NCBI GenBank assembly: GCA_051453625.1
Contig: JBOZIK010000001.1
Coordinates: 30,727,310 to 30,788,312 of the forward strand
Direction: 5' to 3'
Source: Welwitschia mirabilis
Taxonomy: Eukaryota
Length of the DNA stretch: 61,003 nucleotides
The first letter of the stretch is position 1; each line of letters begins with the position of its first letter. Below are positions 1 to 14,479 of the stretch, one piece after another. The notes beneath the pieces were generated by a model that saw only the letters and a program-made list of their open reading frames with translations, made no database searches and was not told the origin of the DNA. A program made the translations under genes and the position numbers.

Positions 1-2280
1 TTAACTAATTCTATTAATATTTCTAATTTTTATGATCTTTTGAAAGACCCTATCATCCTCGATGTCATCTAAATGATAAGGTAGATGATGCACTAATATT
101 TTTGAATAATTATCATTTTCATGTTTTATCTTTTTCAAACTAAATTTGACCCTTCTTTTCATGCACTGAATATTGTTTCTAACCTGCTTGTATTGCTTAC
201 TTATACTTAAACTTGCATATTAATCTTTTTTATCTTAACTTAATGCAATACAAAATGTATTGATTCATATGTGGGGGGGCAGGACAAATATTTTGAGATA
301 TATTAAGTAAATTTTAAATTTTAAGGGTTATTTTTATGAGACAAATCTATAGTACACTAATCTGATTCTGAATTCCTACTATTTGAGTAATATACATTAT
401 GGATATTGTTTATTAAATCATGTACTTAATAGTAAAGTACTTGAAGTATGGTTTTCTTATATAATGATTAATGTAATTTATGAAACTATAAATGAAGGAA
501 ATAATGTATGATTGATATATTTTCTTTTGTAAATTATGCTTAAAAACTTAATTCTTGTTCTATGAATATCATTTTTAAGTTATTAATTTTTTTGGTTAGA
601 TATGCACATCCTTCATCTAAGTTATTATGGTCATATCTTATAATGATTATTTTTATAATATCCAAATTATATCTTTTTGATGTGTTAAATGTTTTAAGTG
701 GGCGGCTAATGCACAAGCACATGTTTTGATCTTATTTTTTGATGAGCATAATTACAAGTAATTAATTTTATAGATTGATTTTTAGGAGCTTGTTATCCCC
801 ATAATCGTCTGGATGATGGTCTAGATGACACCATGGTCATTTCATCTTCCAAGGTAAAACATTTCAATTTATGTAATTTTATAATTTACTCCTACATACT
901 AAGATTTATAAACTTGAATTACATATACCTAGATAGTATTTTATCTTAGTCAATTTAACTTACAATTATAGTCATTTGCTAACTTTGTTAGGGACTTACC
1001 ATACTAAGTGGAGGGCTATGTTGTGATGCCAAATTATATGTTTTTAGGGGTATTTTGAGTAGTTTTATAGGACATTTAGACAAGTTTATGTACAAAACAA
1101 TGATTATTAAGAGTCAAGGAGAAAATCATGAAAATGCACAAATACTAGTGCTTTTGGAGGCATTTAGGATTAATTCTAATACTTCATATTTTAAGGAGGA
1201 ATTAATGAGCTTCAAGGTTAATTTAATTTGATAAAGAACTTCAAGAATGTTATTGTCCGATCCATCATTCAAATGACATACAAGAATGACACCCCTTTCA
1301 TGTGACTAATATGCTAACTAAGTTAATATAAAAGATAAATATAGAAGTTTATTGATGTGGCATCATCCCCACCATTTTTTGGAGAATTACCAAGATGACT
1401 ATCTAATTCTAATCAATGTACTAACTTCACCAAATCTTTACAATGTGTCTTATACCCTATTGCACATCATTAGGATTTCTTATGTGTCTATTAGATTTGC
1501 TATTGTTAGAGTTTGTTGTTGTCAATAAATATTGCCTTTACCCTTGACTCCAAATTTCTTCATTTGCATTGTAAATTCTCATGATAGAAGATTAAAGTAT
1601 TATAGATCCATCCATTATTGTTTTAGAGAGATGTCTTTCTTGGTGTTAGACTGTGTATCCTTCATTGAGGTGCTACTACTTTGTAACATGGATGTTGATT
1701 CGATTCTAATCTAAACTCTACTTTTATTTTCATATCTTTATTTTATGCATGTTCCTTATGATTTATGTTACTTCTGATTCCATGATATCTTCTTTAGTGA
1801 TATAGATCATGAAGATAACCTTTATTAAAGTTGACATTATTAGTTTAGCTGCACTGTATTTCCTTTCCTAGATTAACTTTACATACTTTTCATATTTTGT
1901 TTGACGTACCTGATAGGTTAGGTTGGTCTTGATCTGATGATGGATTTTCTTGATTGATCTAGGTTATATAAGACTAATCTCTATAATAGGTTTACCTAGT
2001 AATTAGATAGAAGTTGAACTTAGTTTAGACTTGCATTTCATTTGCATAAGTGTATTTGCATTGTTATTTCTGCATTGTTATTTCATTTTATATTAAGGAT
2101 ACATATTGTTTCATTTCCCAAATCAATTCTCTTTCTTCTTGCCTATGCCTTCAATGAAAATATGACATTTAGATCACTTGCATCTATATTAGTGTATTAT
2201 GTTGTGCAAAATCTATATTTATTTGTGAATAATAGGATCCACTTGAGAATGTTACATTTGTACAAGTATGCACCACAACA
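1..2280 (+). mobile_element. 3' end of an Athila-like Gypsy LTR retrotransposon (element E): 3' non-coding region, PPT and 3' LTR (1019-2280)
   Basis: CTAAGTGGAGGGCTA followed by TGTTGTGATGCCAAATT at 1019 matches the PPT/LTR junction of element A in sense orientation (CTAAGTGGGGGGCTA|TGTTGCGCTGCTAATTT). The LTR ends ...CACCACAACA at 2280, similar to the A/L LTR end ...CACTGCAACA. Confidence 0.65.
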
Positions 2281-4120
2281 TAGTTAAATATGTCATGAAT
2301 GAATAGTTGGAGCTACATTGTCAGTACAGGTTCATAGCTCAGATGTAGTTAACTAGACCCAATAAAACTAATAAAAGGAACATTTAGTTTTATAGAAGAG
2401 ATTTTATATTTCTTTGGTTTTGTGTTTGCAGGTAGGAGGCTCCATTAGCTCCTTAGACTAATAAGAAAATAATATTATCCCCACAAATTCTTAAAAGAAA
2501 AACACATCATTAAAGTAAAAAAAAAAAAAAACCCTTTTTTTCCTTGATTCTAAATTAGAAATATCAAATGAATGCAAATCTTAATAAAAAACTTAAAGAG
2601 AAATATGGCCTACTCTTGAAAAGTAAGGATTCATATAATATCAACCAAAACCATAGAGTAAGATCTCTTATCCTTTTTTTACGTAAGAAGGTTACTACCT
2701 AGGATCAGTAACCCTCATAAACTCATACTATGATGGATGATATGGATGATTAGTTAGCCTTATGAAATAGTATTAGAATGGAAGAGGTAGATGATAATGT
2801 TTAATATAGTAATGGTGCATTCCATGAAATGGATGAAACTTAGTATTACCTATGTGGAATAGATTAAAGATATGATTATACAAGTGGTAATGCTTGTGTG
2901 ATTTCATGAGAGATACATCATCAAGTAACATTGGTTTCATTATTAATGAACCTACCCATCCTAAGTCTAATCTTTATGAGAAAATAAAGTATAGTCTAAA
3001 ATCATACAATAAAATTAAATTTTTCTCGAAATAGGATATCCTAGAATGATGCATAAAAAAGGCTTAAGATGGTAAAGATTAAAAGGTTTAAAAGTATGGT
3101 GGCCAAGTTTATATAAATGGTTATAACTTAGGATGTTATCTATGTATATTTGCATACATAAGTCTATAAAATAAGATAAAACACTAATGGAAACAATGAA
3201 AGTTATGTGTTCAAGGTCTAAAATGGTTTCTCTTTTATCTTGTTTATGCTTTATTAATATGTTTTGTAAGACATTATCTTAAGGGAAAGACAAATATGAG
3301 TTTCAAACCTCTAGACAAGGTGAGTGTCCATCAAAATAATCATGCTTCAAGTTATTAGAAGGTAAGTCCAATTATAAGGAATGTTTATCTTTTTATTAAA
3401 ACTTGTGTCATGCTTAAAAGATGAAAGTAAGATAGAAATGTCTTTCTTATGAAAATGTTGAGAATAAGATGAAGGTTTTTCATATGATGAATCAAGTATG
3501 AGTTCATATTTGATTTTCTCCTCCTCATAAAGTTTGCTACATGATTCATACTCAAGTTTATGAATCTCTTTAATTGTATGCTTATCCTCTAATGATTTTT
3601 CATTTCCTAGGTACTCATTGATTATCTTTCTATTCTATAGAATATACCTTAGGTATCATCATTTTGACTATTCTTAATCTAGGTTTTTAAGACTCTTAGA
3701 ATTAGGTTCATAAAGTGTAGTAAGCTTTTTCTCTTTTTGTTGGTTAAATGTACTAATCATTTGAGCATTGGTTTGGTTTAATCATTGAATATGTTGCTTA
3801 ATACTTGACAAGATGGAAGAGGTTTTTAGGTTTATTTCCATCTAAGATTTCATGAACTTTTTAAGGTTGACTTCTAACAAAGGCTAGGAATATTGTTAAA
3901 TATTGGAAGATAAAGGTTAGTAATTAAATGATAAAGAATAAAAAGAAATGATAAAGGGTATTCATGATAAAATAAAGGATAAGAATTAAAGGATAAAGGA
4001 AATTAGTAGGTTGATGAGGAGTAAGGGTTACAATGGATGGTGTAAAACATAGGATCAAATGTTTTTAATTAAAAGTAAGGATTTTCAAACTCAAGATCAT
4101 AATGAGGTTGATTTATGTAT

Positions 4121-5556
4121 TAAGGATAGTTGAACTCAAAGGAAATGGGTGAATGCATTTCACCAATTACTGAATGGAAATGCACAATAAAAACACTTTA
4201 CCAAATAACATGGTTTTCCATCTTGGGTATGTCTACATATAGAGGGTATCTTTTACTCACACCTTCAAATATTCTTAACCTATAAGAAAATAGTGATTTT
4301 CTAGTGTATCACCAATCTTATAACAAATGAGAGTCTCCTTACAAGATAGCACTCTCCCCCCTCAAGGTAATAGTGATTTTTATAGGCATTGCACATTCCT
4401 TTATAGTAATGAAAGACTCCTCACAAATCAATTCTCTCTCCCTCATAAGGGAATTCTAGGTCATCAAGAACCTGACATCAAATAAGTTCTTAAAAACATA
4501 ATTTCATATGCACACCCCTAGAAGGGTTGCCTTACAAACTATTTGATATTCAAAAATGGACTTACAATAATATTCAAGAATATGATAGTTCATAATATAA
4601 ACCATAAGAATAAAATAATAACAAGGCTAAAGATATTGTAGATTTAAGTGCCTTGATGATGTTATTTTCATCATGAGTATGAATGAAAATAACTGCAATA
4701 AAGATTCAAGATCAAATATGAAAATAATACAAGATTCTTGCTAATGATGTCTTAATTCTTCATGATATGTTCCTTTTACTTGTGCATTTGTTGTTCTTAA
4801 TTTGATTGTTGTATGTTAGGATTTAAATATGAGTATTTATTGTAGTTACAAAAAGTCCTTTTTTGTGTCATAACATCGAGGCTTTATACAATTGAGGAAG
4901 ATCTAGTTATTTGAGCTTGAAAGGTAGTCATTTGAATTTGTAATCATGTGTAATGGATAAAAAACATCTAGGCATTAGCCATGTAACTTTAGTTTTAATT
5001 GATATGAACTTTGGTTTAATATGTCTTTACTTTTGTGAACATCTAATAATAGTCAGACATCTTTACCTTATAGACATCTTCAGTCAACTTGCTCAAATTT
5101 AAACAAATTTTTCTTTATAGTATTCTTAGGCCTTTGTAATCATGAATCCATGATGTACAAGTTCACAGATCACTTGAAATTCAAGATATTAGTTAAAACA
5201 AAATTAACTTTTTTACCTATTTTATCTTAGTATAGATGTCTTTAAATATGTACACATCTTCATCTATATCAAGTTCAATTTTCAGCTTAGCCATCTTTTA
5301 GCTTATGACTTGATTTCAATACATCCAAAACATCTTAAACTTCTAAGATGTCTTCACTCAAGACATATTTAATCTTATAGATGTCTCAAATAATTGATCT
5401 TGTAGCTTTATCATTTGATCCTTTTTGTGAAATGTTCTCTCTAAAGATCCCTAATAATCTAGTATCTATCAAGGTCTAATGTTCTTGTAATGATCTATCT
5501 ACACAATAATACAAAATATTTGATAAGTAGAATTATCAAAACTAGATTTTTCAAAA
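4121..5556 (-). repeat. 3' LTR of element B
   Basis: Colinear with 17439-18903 and homologous to the LTRs of element C. Adjacent to the PPT. Confidence 0.88.
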
Positions 5557-5885
5557 ATCTTCCCCTTTTGATGATGTCTAAAACTTGGAAAATTTTGTTA
5601 TTATAATATCATCTAATCAATTAAAATTAAACATTTATGTTCTAATGAAAATACACATAATTACTAGTTGAATGTAAAATACACATTTGTATCATCTATG
5701 CCAAGCAATGAGTTTATAAAACTTATAACAATGTTCAAATTTGCACCTCTAAATTGTGTTTAAAATGTACTCATGCTATTATTAATCTTATAAATAGTAG
5801 CATAGAACTCTCTTATCATTGGAGTTAAAATAGAATAAACTAGTTACATAATCATTTATCATCTAAGCTAAATAAAGTAACTCAT

Positions 5886-6954
5886 TATTACAGTGTGTAT
5901 TTATGTAAGCTTTTACATTCAAAGAGATTTTGTCATTTATAACCAAAATAGATATCTTACATAATACATCACACTAGTATAGTGGGAGTTAACCCAAAAT
6001 GTTGTATCCACATTGAAGTCTATGAGTATGAGACCTAGGTTGGTTTTCAAATGAATAGGAACTAGAAATAAATAACAATGCAAGAAAATAAAGATATAAT
6101 GAAAGATGTAAAATGCAACCTAAACTAACATGCAATGCAAAAATAACCCTAATTCTACTTGCTTTTAACCTTAACAAAGGCTATCCTTGATGATCTATGT
6201 CATCAAAAAAATTGTCACCAGATCAAGGGCAATTATAAATCATAACATTAATAAGAAAATCTAATAAATATTAAAATAAAATCAAGTTTTATATTAAAAG
6301 AGTAATAGCATTTAGGTTACAAAATAGTCGGGTCTTAATGGAGGATACACAGCGCTCCACCAAGTGTATGTCTTTCTCTAACACATGTAGATGGATCTCT
6401 CACCCTTTGATCTCCTATCATGAGAATGTTTGGTGCAATAAAAATGAGAAGGAGAATTGAAAGGGAACTTATTTATAATAAAATATAGTAGAAAAGGATG
6501 AATGGTAGGTACAAAAAGGCGCATTCATTTATAACTTAGAAATAGACAAAACAGTTAAGGGTAGCTATCAGAGTCGGTTACATCTCAGTGTCATCTAGGC
6601 TATCATCTGAATGATAGTGGGGATGATAGTATATTATAAAGTATTCTCAAAATGATGATTTAGTAGTCCACATTAGTAGTAGTCATCCTACCTATCATGG
6701 GGATGACAAAGAGGATGACAGTCTTCTTTGATTATTTCTTTGAAGAGGACTTAGGATTTTTGTCATAAATCCTTCTTTAAAGCCCTTTACATCAGAAAGT
6801 GGCTTTAATACATCAAATTTGGATAAGAATTACACTTTTTTAATATTTCTTTTTGTATCTCCAAAATCCTCAGAATTGCACTTAAACCTATATAAAAATC
6901 CTATAAAACAACTCATAAAACCCAATTAACTAACCATAAATTAGCAGCGCAACA
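5886..6954 (-). repeat. 3' LTR of element A
   Basis: Colinear with 14480-15527. About 22 mismatches in the first ~150 bp counted by eye, nearly all transitions. Confidence 0.92.
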
Positions 6955-9369
6955 TAGCCCCCCACTTAGCCTTTGTTAGTTCTTAACAAAAAGCAAGTGA
7001 AAAATCCATAATTATGAGCTAATTCATTTTTCAAAAGATAAATATGGGAATCATAAAACATGCTCATAAAACACATCACATAGATAGATAACAAGTAATG
7101 CATAATGTGTATGAAAATTTTAAAAATTTTATCTCATGAAAGATCTTATTTAAGTTAAAAAAATTTGTACATAATCCATGAAAATGTGTTTCTGTCCTCT
7201 CTTTCCCATCCTTCCCCTCTCTAACCCCTCAAAAAAAAAAGCAATACATCCCATAATGGAAACTAAAGCAAAGAAAATAAACAAGAGTGAGAAGATAGGT
7301 AATGGATATGAGGATAACTTTCAAAACAAAGTGTAAAGCTGAGTACTATTAGATTTAAAAAATAGATATCAATGAAATATTCTAGTAATTAAAAGAAAAG
7401 AGTGAATAATAAAAATGTTTAGTCATAAAAAGAACATGAGCAGTGCTTTACAACACCAAAAATCAAAAGAATAAATAACACAAGTTTATAGAGAAAACAC
7501 TTAGCTAAGTAACAAATCATTTTTATTAAAAACTTAAATAGGGAAAACATGCTAATAAAATATAGTAATGACTTTAAAATAGCTAATCAAACCATAAAAG
7601 AAAAAAAGAAGAATGAGCATAAGACATAAACAAAAGATAGCTTACCAATCTGATATTTTAACCTAGCAAACTCTCTTGAAAGAAATCATAACATCACTTG
7701 ATGTGTAAAATGCATGACTTAATGTATGAAAATCCATTTGATAAGGTAGTGGCTATGATAATGCTTAAAAGAGTAAAAATGAATAATCAAACCAAATAAT
7801 TGCTTAAAAATAAACTCTCCTATTGTCATCTCAAAACAAACATTTAAATCTTAAGAAATGAAATAATCATGTAAAAAGACTAGGAGTTTAAAAAATAAGC
7901 AATACCTCTAATGATACCAGGAATACCACTGATCCTGTTGCCTCAAAGTTGAAATACAAATTTATTATCCATGATGAGGGGAGTGCAACCATAGTCATAG
8001 AAGTAAGGACCTACGAAGCATGGCCAACTAACCTCCCAACACAGTTTCTACAGCTACCATATTACATTGCCAAAGGCTCTTGTCAAAAATATTTATCCTA
8101 GTGTACTTGTCGTAGGACATCATGGTGATCATGTTTTTAAGATATAAATATAAAACATCATGGTCTTTATTCACTTTTTTTTTTTAAAAAGAAAACAACA
8201 TTCCACACAACTAAAAACTTCAAAAGATGAAGGTGAAAGTCATAAGATTAAGACAAAAAAAATAACTCTTAAACAATCTAAGATCTTTTTACAATTAAGA
8301 AAAAACATCAAAAATAAAGCATCTTCCTTCAGATTGAAGTCTATGGACATGTGAATGTCCTAAGATTGGGTGAATTCAATCTTAACACTGAAATACCCAA
8401 GTCAAAAAACTAGACATGAAAATAAATACATGAATCATGTTTGAAAGATGATCAAGTAGTATCATAATAATCTTTCAAAGGAAAAAGCTGAAAGAAAATT
8501 TAGATAGTTTACTCATGAAATTCCAAATTTTGCCCATTTATGTCTTGTAATTCTCAAGTAGTTAAGTCAAAAATCTCAACAGAGCTATAAAAATGTATTT
8601 TCTCAAAATAATAGAAAATATAAATCAACATTTTATTGGCTATTGTCCTTGTCATCATCCAGACAACAGAGAGGATGATAGAGGTAGAAAAAATAAAAAA
8701 TTAATAGAAAACACAAAAATTTTTAGAAAGTTAAAAAAGTTAACAAAACTGACTGTCATCCAACTTTGTCATGAGATGATAAAGGAGACAACAAATTATT
8801 ATTGCAGAAAACAGAAGATAGAAACTACAAACAGAAAAAATTGAAACAAAAAATGAAAACAAAGACTTTCAAAATAGAAAACTAAAAAGAAAATAGTAAG
8901 GCAAATAAATGTTATTGAATTCTTAAATTTATAGCATACTTTTATTGAAAACAAAAGGAGGAAAAATTAAGGATCTGTTTTAATCTTAAGATTTTTAGAG
9001 AAATAAGGTCTAAACCAAAAATTTACTAATTGATAATACAATTATTTTCAAGGAAATCAATTGGATAAAGGGAGGAGTAATGAAGAACACTCTATGATAC
9101 CACAGTAAAGCATAAACTTTGGAAGTCAGAGGAAAGAGAAATAGTAACTTCAGTAAAAGATTTTCTTTGAATACAAGAGTTTTATTTTGATCATCACAAA
9201 GAAAATTATATTCAAGTCCATTAAAAACATTTTTTTAATCCAAATGTAAATTATGATTTTCAATTTTTGGTTTATGTAATGGATAATCTCCCTTAAGGTG
9301 TGAATTAAAAAGTGGAACTTCCTTATACACTAAAGGTTCTTTCTCACTCTTAAAGTTGGATGTATTAAT

Positions 9370-11694
9370 AGTTTTTTCAATCTCGAGTTGGTCATCATAA
9401 AGCATAGGCTCATGTGATTTTCTCTCTCTTTCTTTAAATGGATGATGTTGTAAAAATAAAGTGGGTTTGATATTATCTTCAATATTTATTTCATCACCTA
9501 AATCTTTCTTAGCTACTTCAAAGACTAATTATAAACGTCCTATTTCCAAAATGACATTTTATTGTTCCTGCTCTTGTGTCAATGATGCAGTAGGCTATTG
9601 CACAAAAGGTTCTTCCTAAAAGTAAAGGGTATCCTCTATTATGCTTAACTTTTATGATAATCACATCTATGGGATAGCAAGCCTCTTCAATTTGAATTGC
9701 CAAATCTTTAATAATGCCTAATGGTTTCTTAACTAAAGTGTTTACTAATTCTAAGACAACCGGAGAAGACTTTATTCTATCCTCCAAACCAAGTTTCTTA
9801 TAAATGTGAAGTGTCGTAATGTTAACACTCGTTCCAATGTCTATTAAGGCTTTTCTAATCTTTTTGTTTCCCTTTAAAGTAACATTTACGGTAGCTACTC
9901 TTGGATTTTTAAATTTAGGTGATTTTTGTAATACTAAATTTGTGAGGGATTGGGCTAGAAAGACTTCGCTAGGGATGATTCATTTTTATTTTCTTCTTAT
10001 TAAATCTTTCCATAATTTTGATTACCCTGGATTTTGTTGTAAAAGTTTCCATGGATGATTCATTTTTATTTTATTCTTATTAAATCTTTCCATGATTTTG
10101 AGTACCCTAGATTTTGTTGTAAAAGTTTCCAAAAAGAATAAGTTTATGCTCACATTTTTCATCAAGATTTTTAGATGTTCATTGACAGTTCAATTGTTGT
10201 TAAGCCTATCAAGCTAAAGGTGATTCGTTGAGAAGGATTTTTCTTTTTCTTTTTACCAAGAGAAGGGAAGTTATAATCTTCTATTTAATGTCCTCTTCCT
10301 CTTCTTCTTTATCATTTTTAAAATCATTTTGGAAGGTGGAAGGTTCACATAGAGGAGGGTTTATTTCTTATTCACTTCTTGTTACAACCTTACGATCTTT
10401 TCTTAGTTCATTTGGGTTTGGTAAAGGTTGTGTAGCTAATGTTCCTTGAGGTCTTTGAATTGCCAACATGGTTTATTGAATGATGTTCACTAAGTTTTCA
10501 ATGTTGGCATTTTTCTTATCAAAGTTGACATTTGATTTTCTAATTTCATTTGTAAGGTTTGTGAGTTGATCATTTGGATGTTAAAAGTATGATGGTCTTA
10601 GTTGGTAGTTTGTGTTTTCGAATCAGTTTCTAAAAAGTTGAGAATTATTTTGAAATTGAGTGTTCAATCTAGGATGTACTTGATTTTAATTTCTGAGTTT
10701 TGAGATGGTTGGTTGAAAGCACAAACTTGTTCACATATTTTTTCTTTATATGTTGGCAAAAGAGGATAGTTTTTGGTATTATCCTTATATAAATTAGAAG
10801 TTTGCACATAATTTCTTTCAGTTGTGGATTTGGCATCTAAGATCATTTCTGCATACTTCTCTAAGATTGTTGTAAAATCTCTCATGGAATTTGTAAGATT
10901 GGATTCTATCTCTTTTTGTTGTTTAACCTCTTTTAAGTCTTTGATGAGTTAACCTACAGTTGGATTTTCTTTAGGAATTAACTAAGTTTGACTAACCTCC
11001 ACAAGTTCTTTTAATTTGTCTAGGCATTATCTCATGTAAGGTTTATGAGGTTTCCTCTACAAGAAAAATCTATAGGTTGTTTTGTGTATGAAGTTAGCCC
11101 ACTATAAAAGTAGTTTATTAGTTCTATTGGTGAAAAACATCTACTGGTTTAGAATGGTAGGCTATAAAGAAACACTCATATGTGGAAGCATAGTTTTCAT
11201 TTATTCTTTGTTGAAAGTTTGTTACCTCTTTTATTATTTTTCTTACAATCTCTTCACTCATAAATCTTTTTACAAAGATTTCCTGGACTTGATCCCATGT
11301 TTCTAAGCTTTTGAGAGGTATGGTTTTTAGCCAATTTTTTGCTCTACCCTTTAATGTTATGGAAAAGATTACCATATATGTTCTATTAGTTATTTTTTTC
11401 TTTCCATTTCCTAAGGTGAGGATTAATCATTCTATTTTTGCTATGTGTTGAAAAGGATCCTCATTATCTTCTCCAGTAAAAGTTGAGTAGATATTTAAAT
11501 TTTTAAGCTTAACATTAATTCCTAGGGATAGATCAAAAGGAGTTAGAATCTCTTATTTCTTATTGTATAACAATTCTTTAAGGGTGAGATTTACATTAGG
11601 GATAGAAGATCCTATGACTTATTTTTGGATACAGGAGGTACTGGACATTGTGAATTAGTTTTATCCTTATATAGGGTTTTTTTTGAAAAAATCT
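9370..11694 (-). pseudogene. Degenerate Gypsy gag-aspartic protease, copy 2 in element A
   Basis: ORF fragments 11124-11375 (FSITLKGRAKNWL...TWDQVQEIFVKRF, retrotransposon gag) and 9518-9787 (KKPLGIIKDLAIQI...PLLLGRTF, protease C-half). Broken by stops and frameshifts. Confidence 0.85.
9973..10131. repeat. 80-bp tandem duplication (2 copies) inside the gag-PR relic
   Basis: GGATGATTCATTTTTATTTT...GTAAAAGTTTCCA occurs at 9973 and 10053. Confidence 0.9.
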
Positions 11695-11795
11695 TNNNNN
11701 NNNNNNNNNNNNNNNNNNNNNNNNNNNNNNNNNNNNNNNNNNNNNNNNNNNNNNNNNNNNNNNNNNNNNNNNNNNNNNNNNNNNNNNNNNNNNNN

Positions 11796-13990
11796 ATTTC
11801 CAAAGTGACATTTCATTATTCCTACTCTTGTATCAATAATGTAGTGGGCCATTGCACAAAAGGCTCTACCTAGAAGTAAAGGGTATCCTCTATTATGCTT
11901 AACTTCTATGATAATCACATCTATGAGGTAGTAAGCCTCTTCAATTTGTATTAATAAATCTTTAATAATACCTAATAGTTTCTTAAATGATGCATCTATT
12001 AATTCTAAGACAACTTTAGTAGGCTCTATTCTATCCTTCAAACCAAGTCTTTTAAAAATGTGAAGTGGCATAATATTAACACTTATTCCAATGTTAATCA
12101 AGGCTTTTCTAATTTTTTTTATTTCCCTCTAGATCCTTAAATTTGGATGATTTTGATAACACTCAATTCATAAGGGATGGGCAAAGACAGACTTTGCTCA
12201 GGATAACTTATGTATGTTTTCTTCTTATTAAGTCTTTCCATAATTTTGAGTACCCCGTTTTTCTTGTAAAACTTTCCAAAAGGATAATTTATGCTTATGT
12301 TTTTCATCAAGGCTTTTAAATGATTATTGAAAGTTGAATTGTTATTAAGCCTATCCATCCAAGGGGTGATTTATTAAGAAGGTTTTTTTCCCCTCTTGAC
12401 CAAGATAAGGGAAGTTATAATCTTGTAATATTTTAATGTCCTCTTTTTCTTCTTCTTCATCATTTCTTAAGTTATTTTAAGAGGTGGAAGGTTCACATGG
12501 AGGAGGATTTATTTCTTATTCACTTTTTATCACAACCTTATAATCTCTTTTTAGTTCATTTGGATTTGGTAAAGGCTATGTAGGTAATGTTCCTTGAGGT
12601 CTTTAGTTTGCCAACATTATTTGTTAAAGGATACTTACTAAGTTTTCCATGTTGGAATTTTGTTTTTCAAATTTGGCATTTACTTATTCTTATGATCTTC
12701 TTATTTCATCCACAAGATTTGTAATTGAATCATTTGGATATTGAAAGTTTGATGGTCCTAATCGGTAGCTTGTGCTTTTGAATTGATTTCTAAAAGGTTA
12801 AAAATTATTTTGGAAATGATTGTTCAACATAGGTTGTGTCTAATTTTGATTTTGTAAGTTTTAAAATGGTTGGTTAAAATCACAAACTTCTTCTCATATT
12901 CTTTCTTTATATGTTAGCAAAAGAAAATAGTTTTTAGTAATATGATAATTATCTTCACATAAGTCATAAGTTTGCATAACATTTCTTTTGGTTGTGGTTT
13001 TAGCATCTANNNNNNNNNNNNNNNNNNNNNNNNNNNNNNNNNNNNNNNNNNNNNNNNNNNNNNNNNNNNNNNNNNNNNNNNNNNNNNNNNNNNNNNNNNN
13101 NNNNNNNNNNNNNNNNNNNNNNNNNNNNNNNNNNNNNNNNNNNNNNNNNNNNNNNNNNNNNNNNNNNNNNNNNNNNNNNNNNNNNNNNNNNNNNNNNNNN
13201 NNNNNNNNNNNNNNNNNNNNNNNNNNNNNNNNNNNNNNNNNNNNNNNNNNNNNNNNNNNNNNNNNNNNNNNNNNNNNNNAATAGTCCAATTGTTCTACTC
13301 TTGAAAAGGCATCTACTAGATTAGAGTGGATTGCTATAAAGAAACATTCATAAGTAAAGGCATAATCTTTATTTGGGCTTTATTAAAAGTTTATTATATT
13401 TTTTTTCTTTTTCTCATAGTTTCTTCACTCATGAACCTTTTTAAAAAGGGTTTTCAAACTTAATTCCATGTCTTTAAATTTTTATGGCATATAGTTTTTA
13501 GCCAAAGTTTTGCTCTACCCTTTAATATCATGGGAAATATTACTGTATATGTTCTATCCATTATTTTTTTCTTCCCATTTTCCGAGGTGAGGATAAGTTG
13601 TTCAATGTCTTCAATGTGTCTCTTCATTAAAAGTGGATAGGAATATAAATTTTTAAGCTTGACATCATCTCCTAGGAGTAGGTCAAAATGTGTTTAAATT
13701 TCTGTTTTCTTATTGGCTAATAATTCTCTCAGGTTAAGGTTTACATTAGGGGTAGAAGATCCTATGACTTATTTTTACTTATGGGAGTTACTTAAAATTG
13801 TGAATTGATTCTATTCTTCTATAGGATTTTCATCAAGAAAATCTGACTCAAAAAAATAAATTTGGAAGAAGATTTAAGTGCACCTGAAAGGTGCTTTTCC
13901 GATTCGTTTTCTATATCCACTATCCTTCTTTGATGTTATTTTCTATCAGTAGCTTTTCTCTCTAATATCTCTTCTCTATGTTAACTATAT
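11796..13990 (-). pseudogene. Degenerate Gypsy gag-aspartic protease, copy 1 in element A (spans an N-gap)
   Basis: ORF 11667-12101 (INIGISVNIMP...PLLLGRAF), which is a decayed D-x-G-A-S-V-N protease motif. Colinear with 55712-59101 in reverse complement. Confidence 0.85.
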
Positions 13991-14458
13991 CACAGCATTT
14001 TGCAAATAGTAAATAATAGAAAATAGATCAAAAAATAAGATATCATTGTCCTTTCTATCATGCAGATAACAGAAGGAATGACACATATAAAAACTATTAA
14101 AAAAATAGAACAAAAACTAAAACAGAAAGCAGTAAACACAGAAAATAGAACTATTATCCTTCTGGTCATCTGAACATCATAAGAGATAACAGAAACTAAT
14201 TTATTTTATAAAAATCACAATCCAAAAATAAAACTAAAAGTAAAAAATAATACATTATCTTCCTGACTGTCGTGGGAATGATAGAGGGGATGACCATTTT
14301 TTTTCTATAAAAAACTGAAAATGAAAAAACTAAAACTAAAAAACTATATATAAGAAACCTATAGCTCCTAATAATACAACATTGTATAGAAAAATAATCA
14401 AATAGAAGTCTGATATACTTACTTGAATGATGACAACCCTTATACTCCTCAATAGCCT

Positions 14459-14476
14459 TCCTCGACAATGACACTA
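14459..14476 (-). other. Primer binding site relic (tRNA-Asp type) of element A
   Basis: Sense TAGTGTCATTGTCGAGGA versus canonical Athila TGGCGCCGTTGCCGGGGA. All six differences are C>T or G>A. Confidence 0.8.
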
Positions 14477-14479
14477 AGA

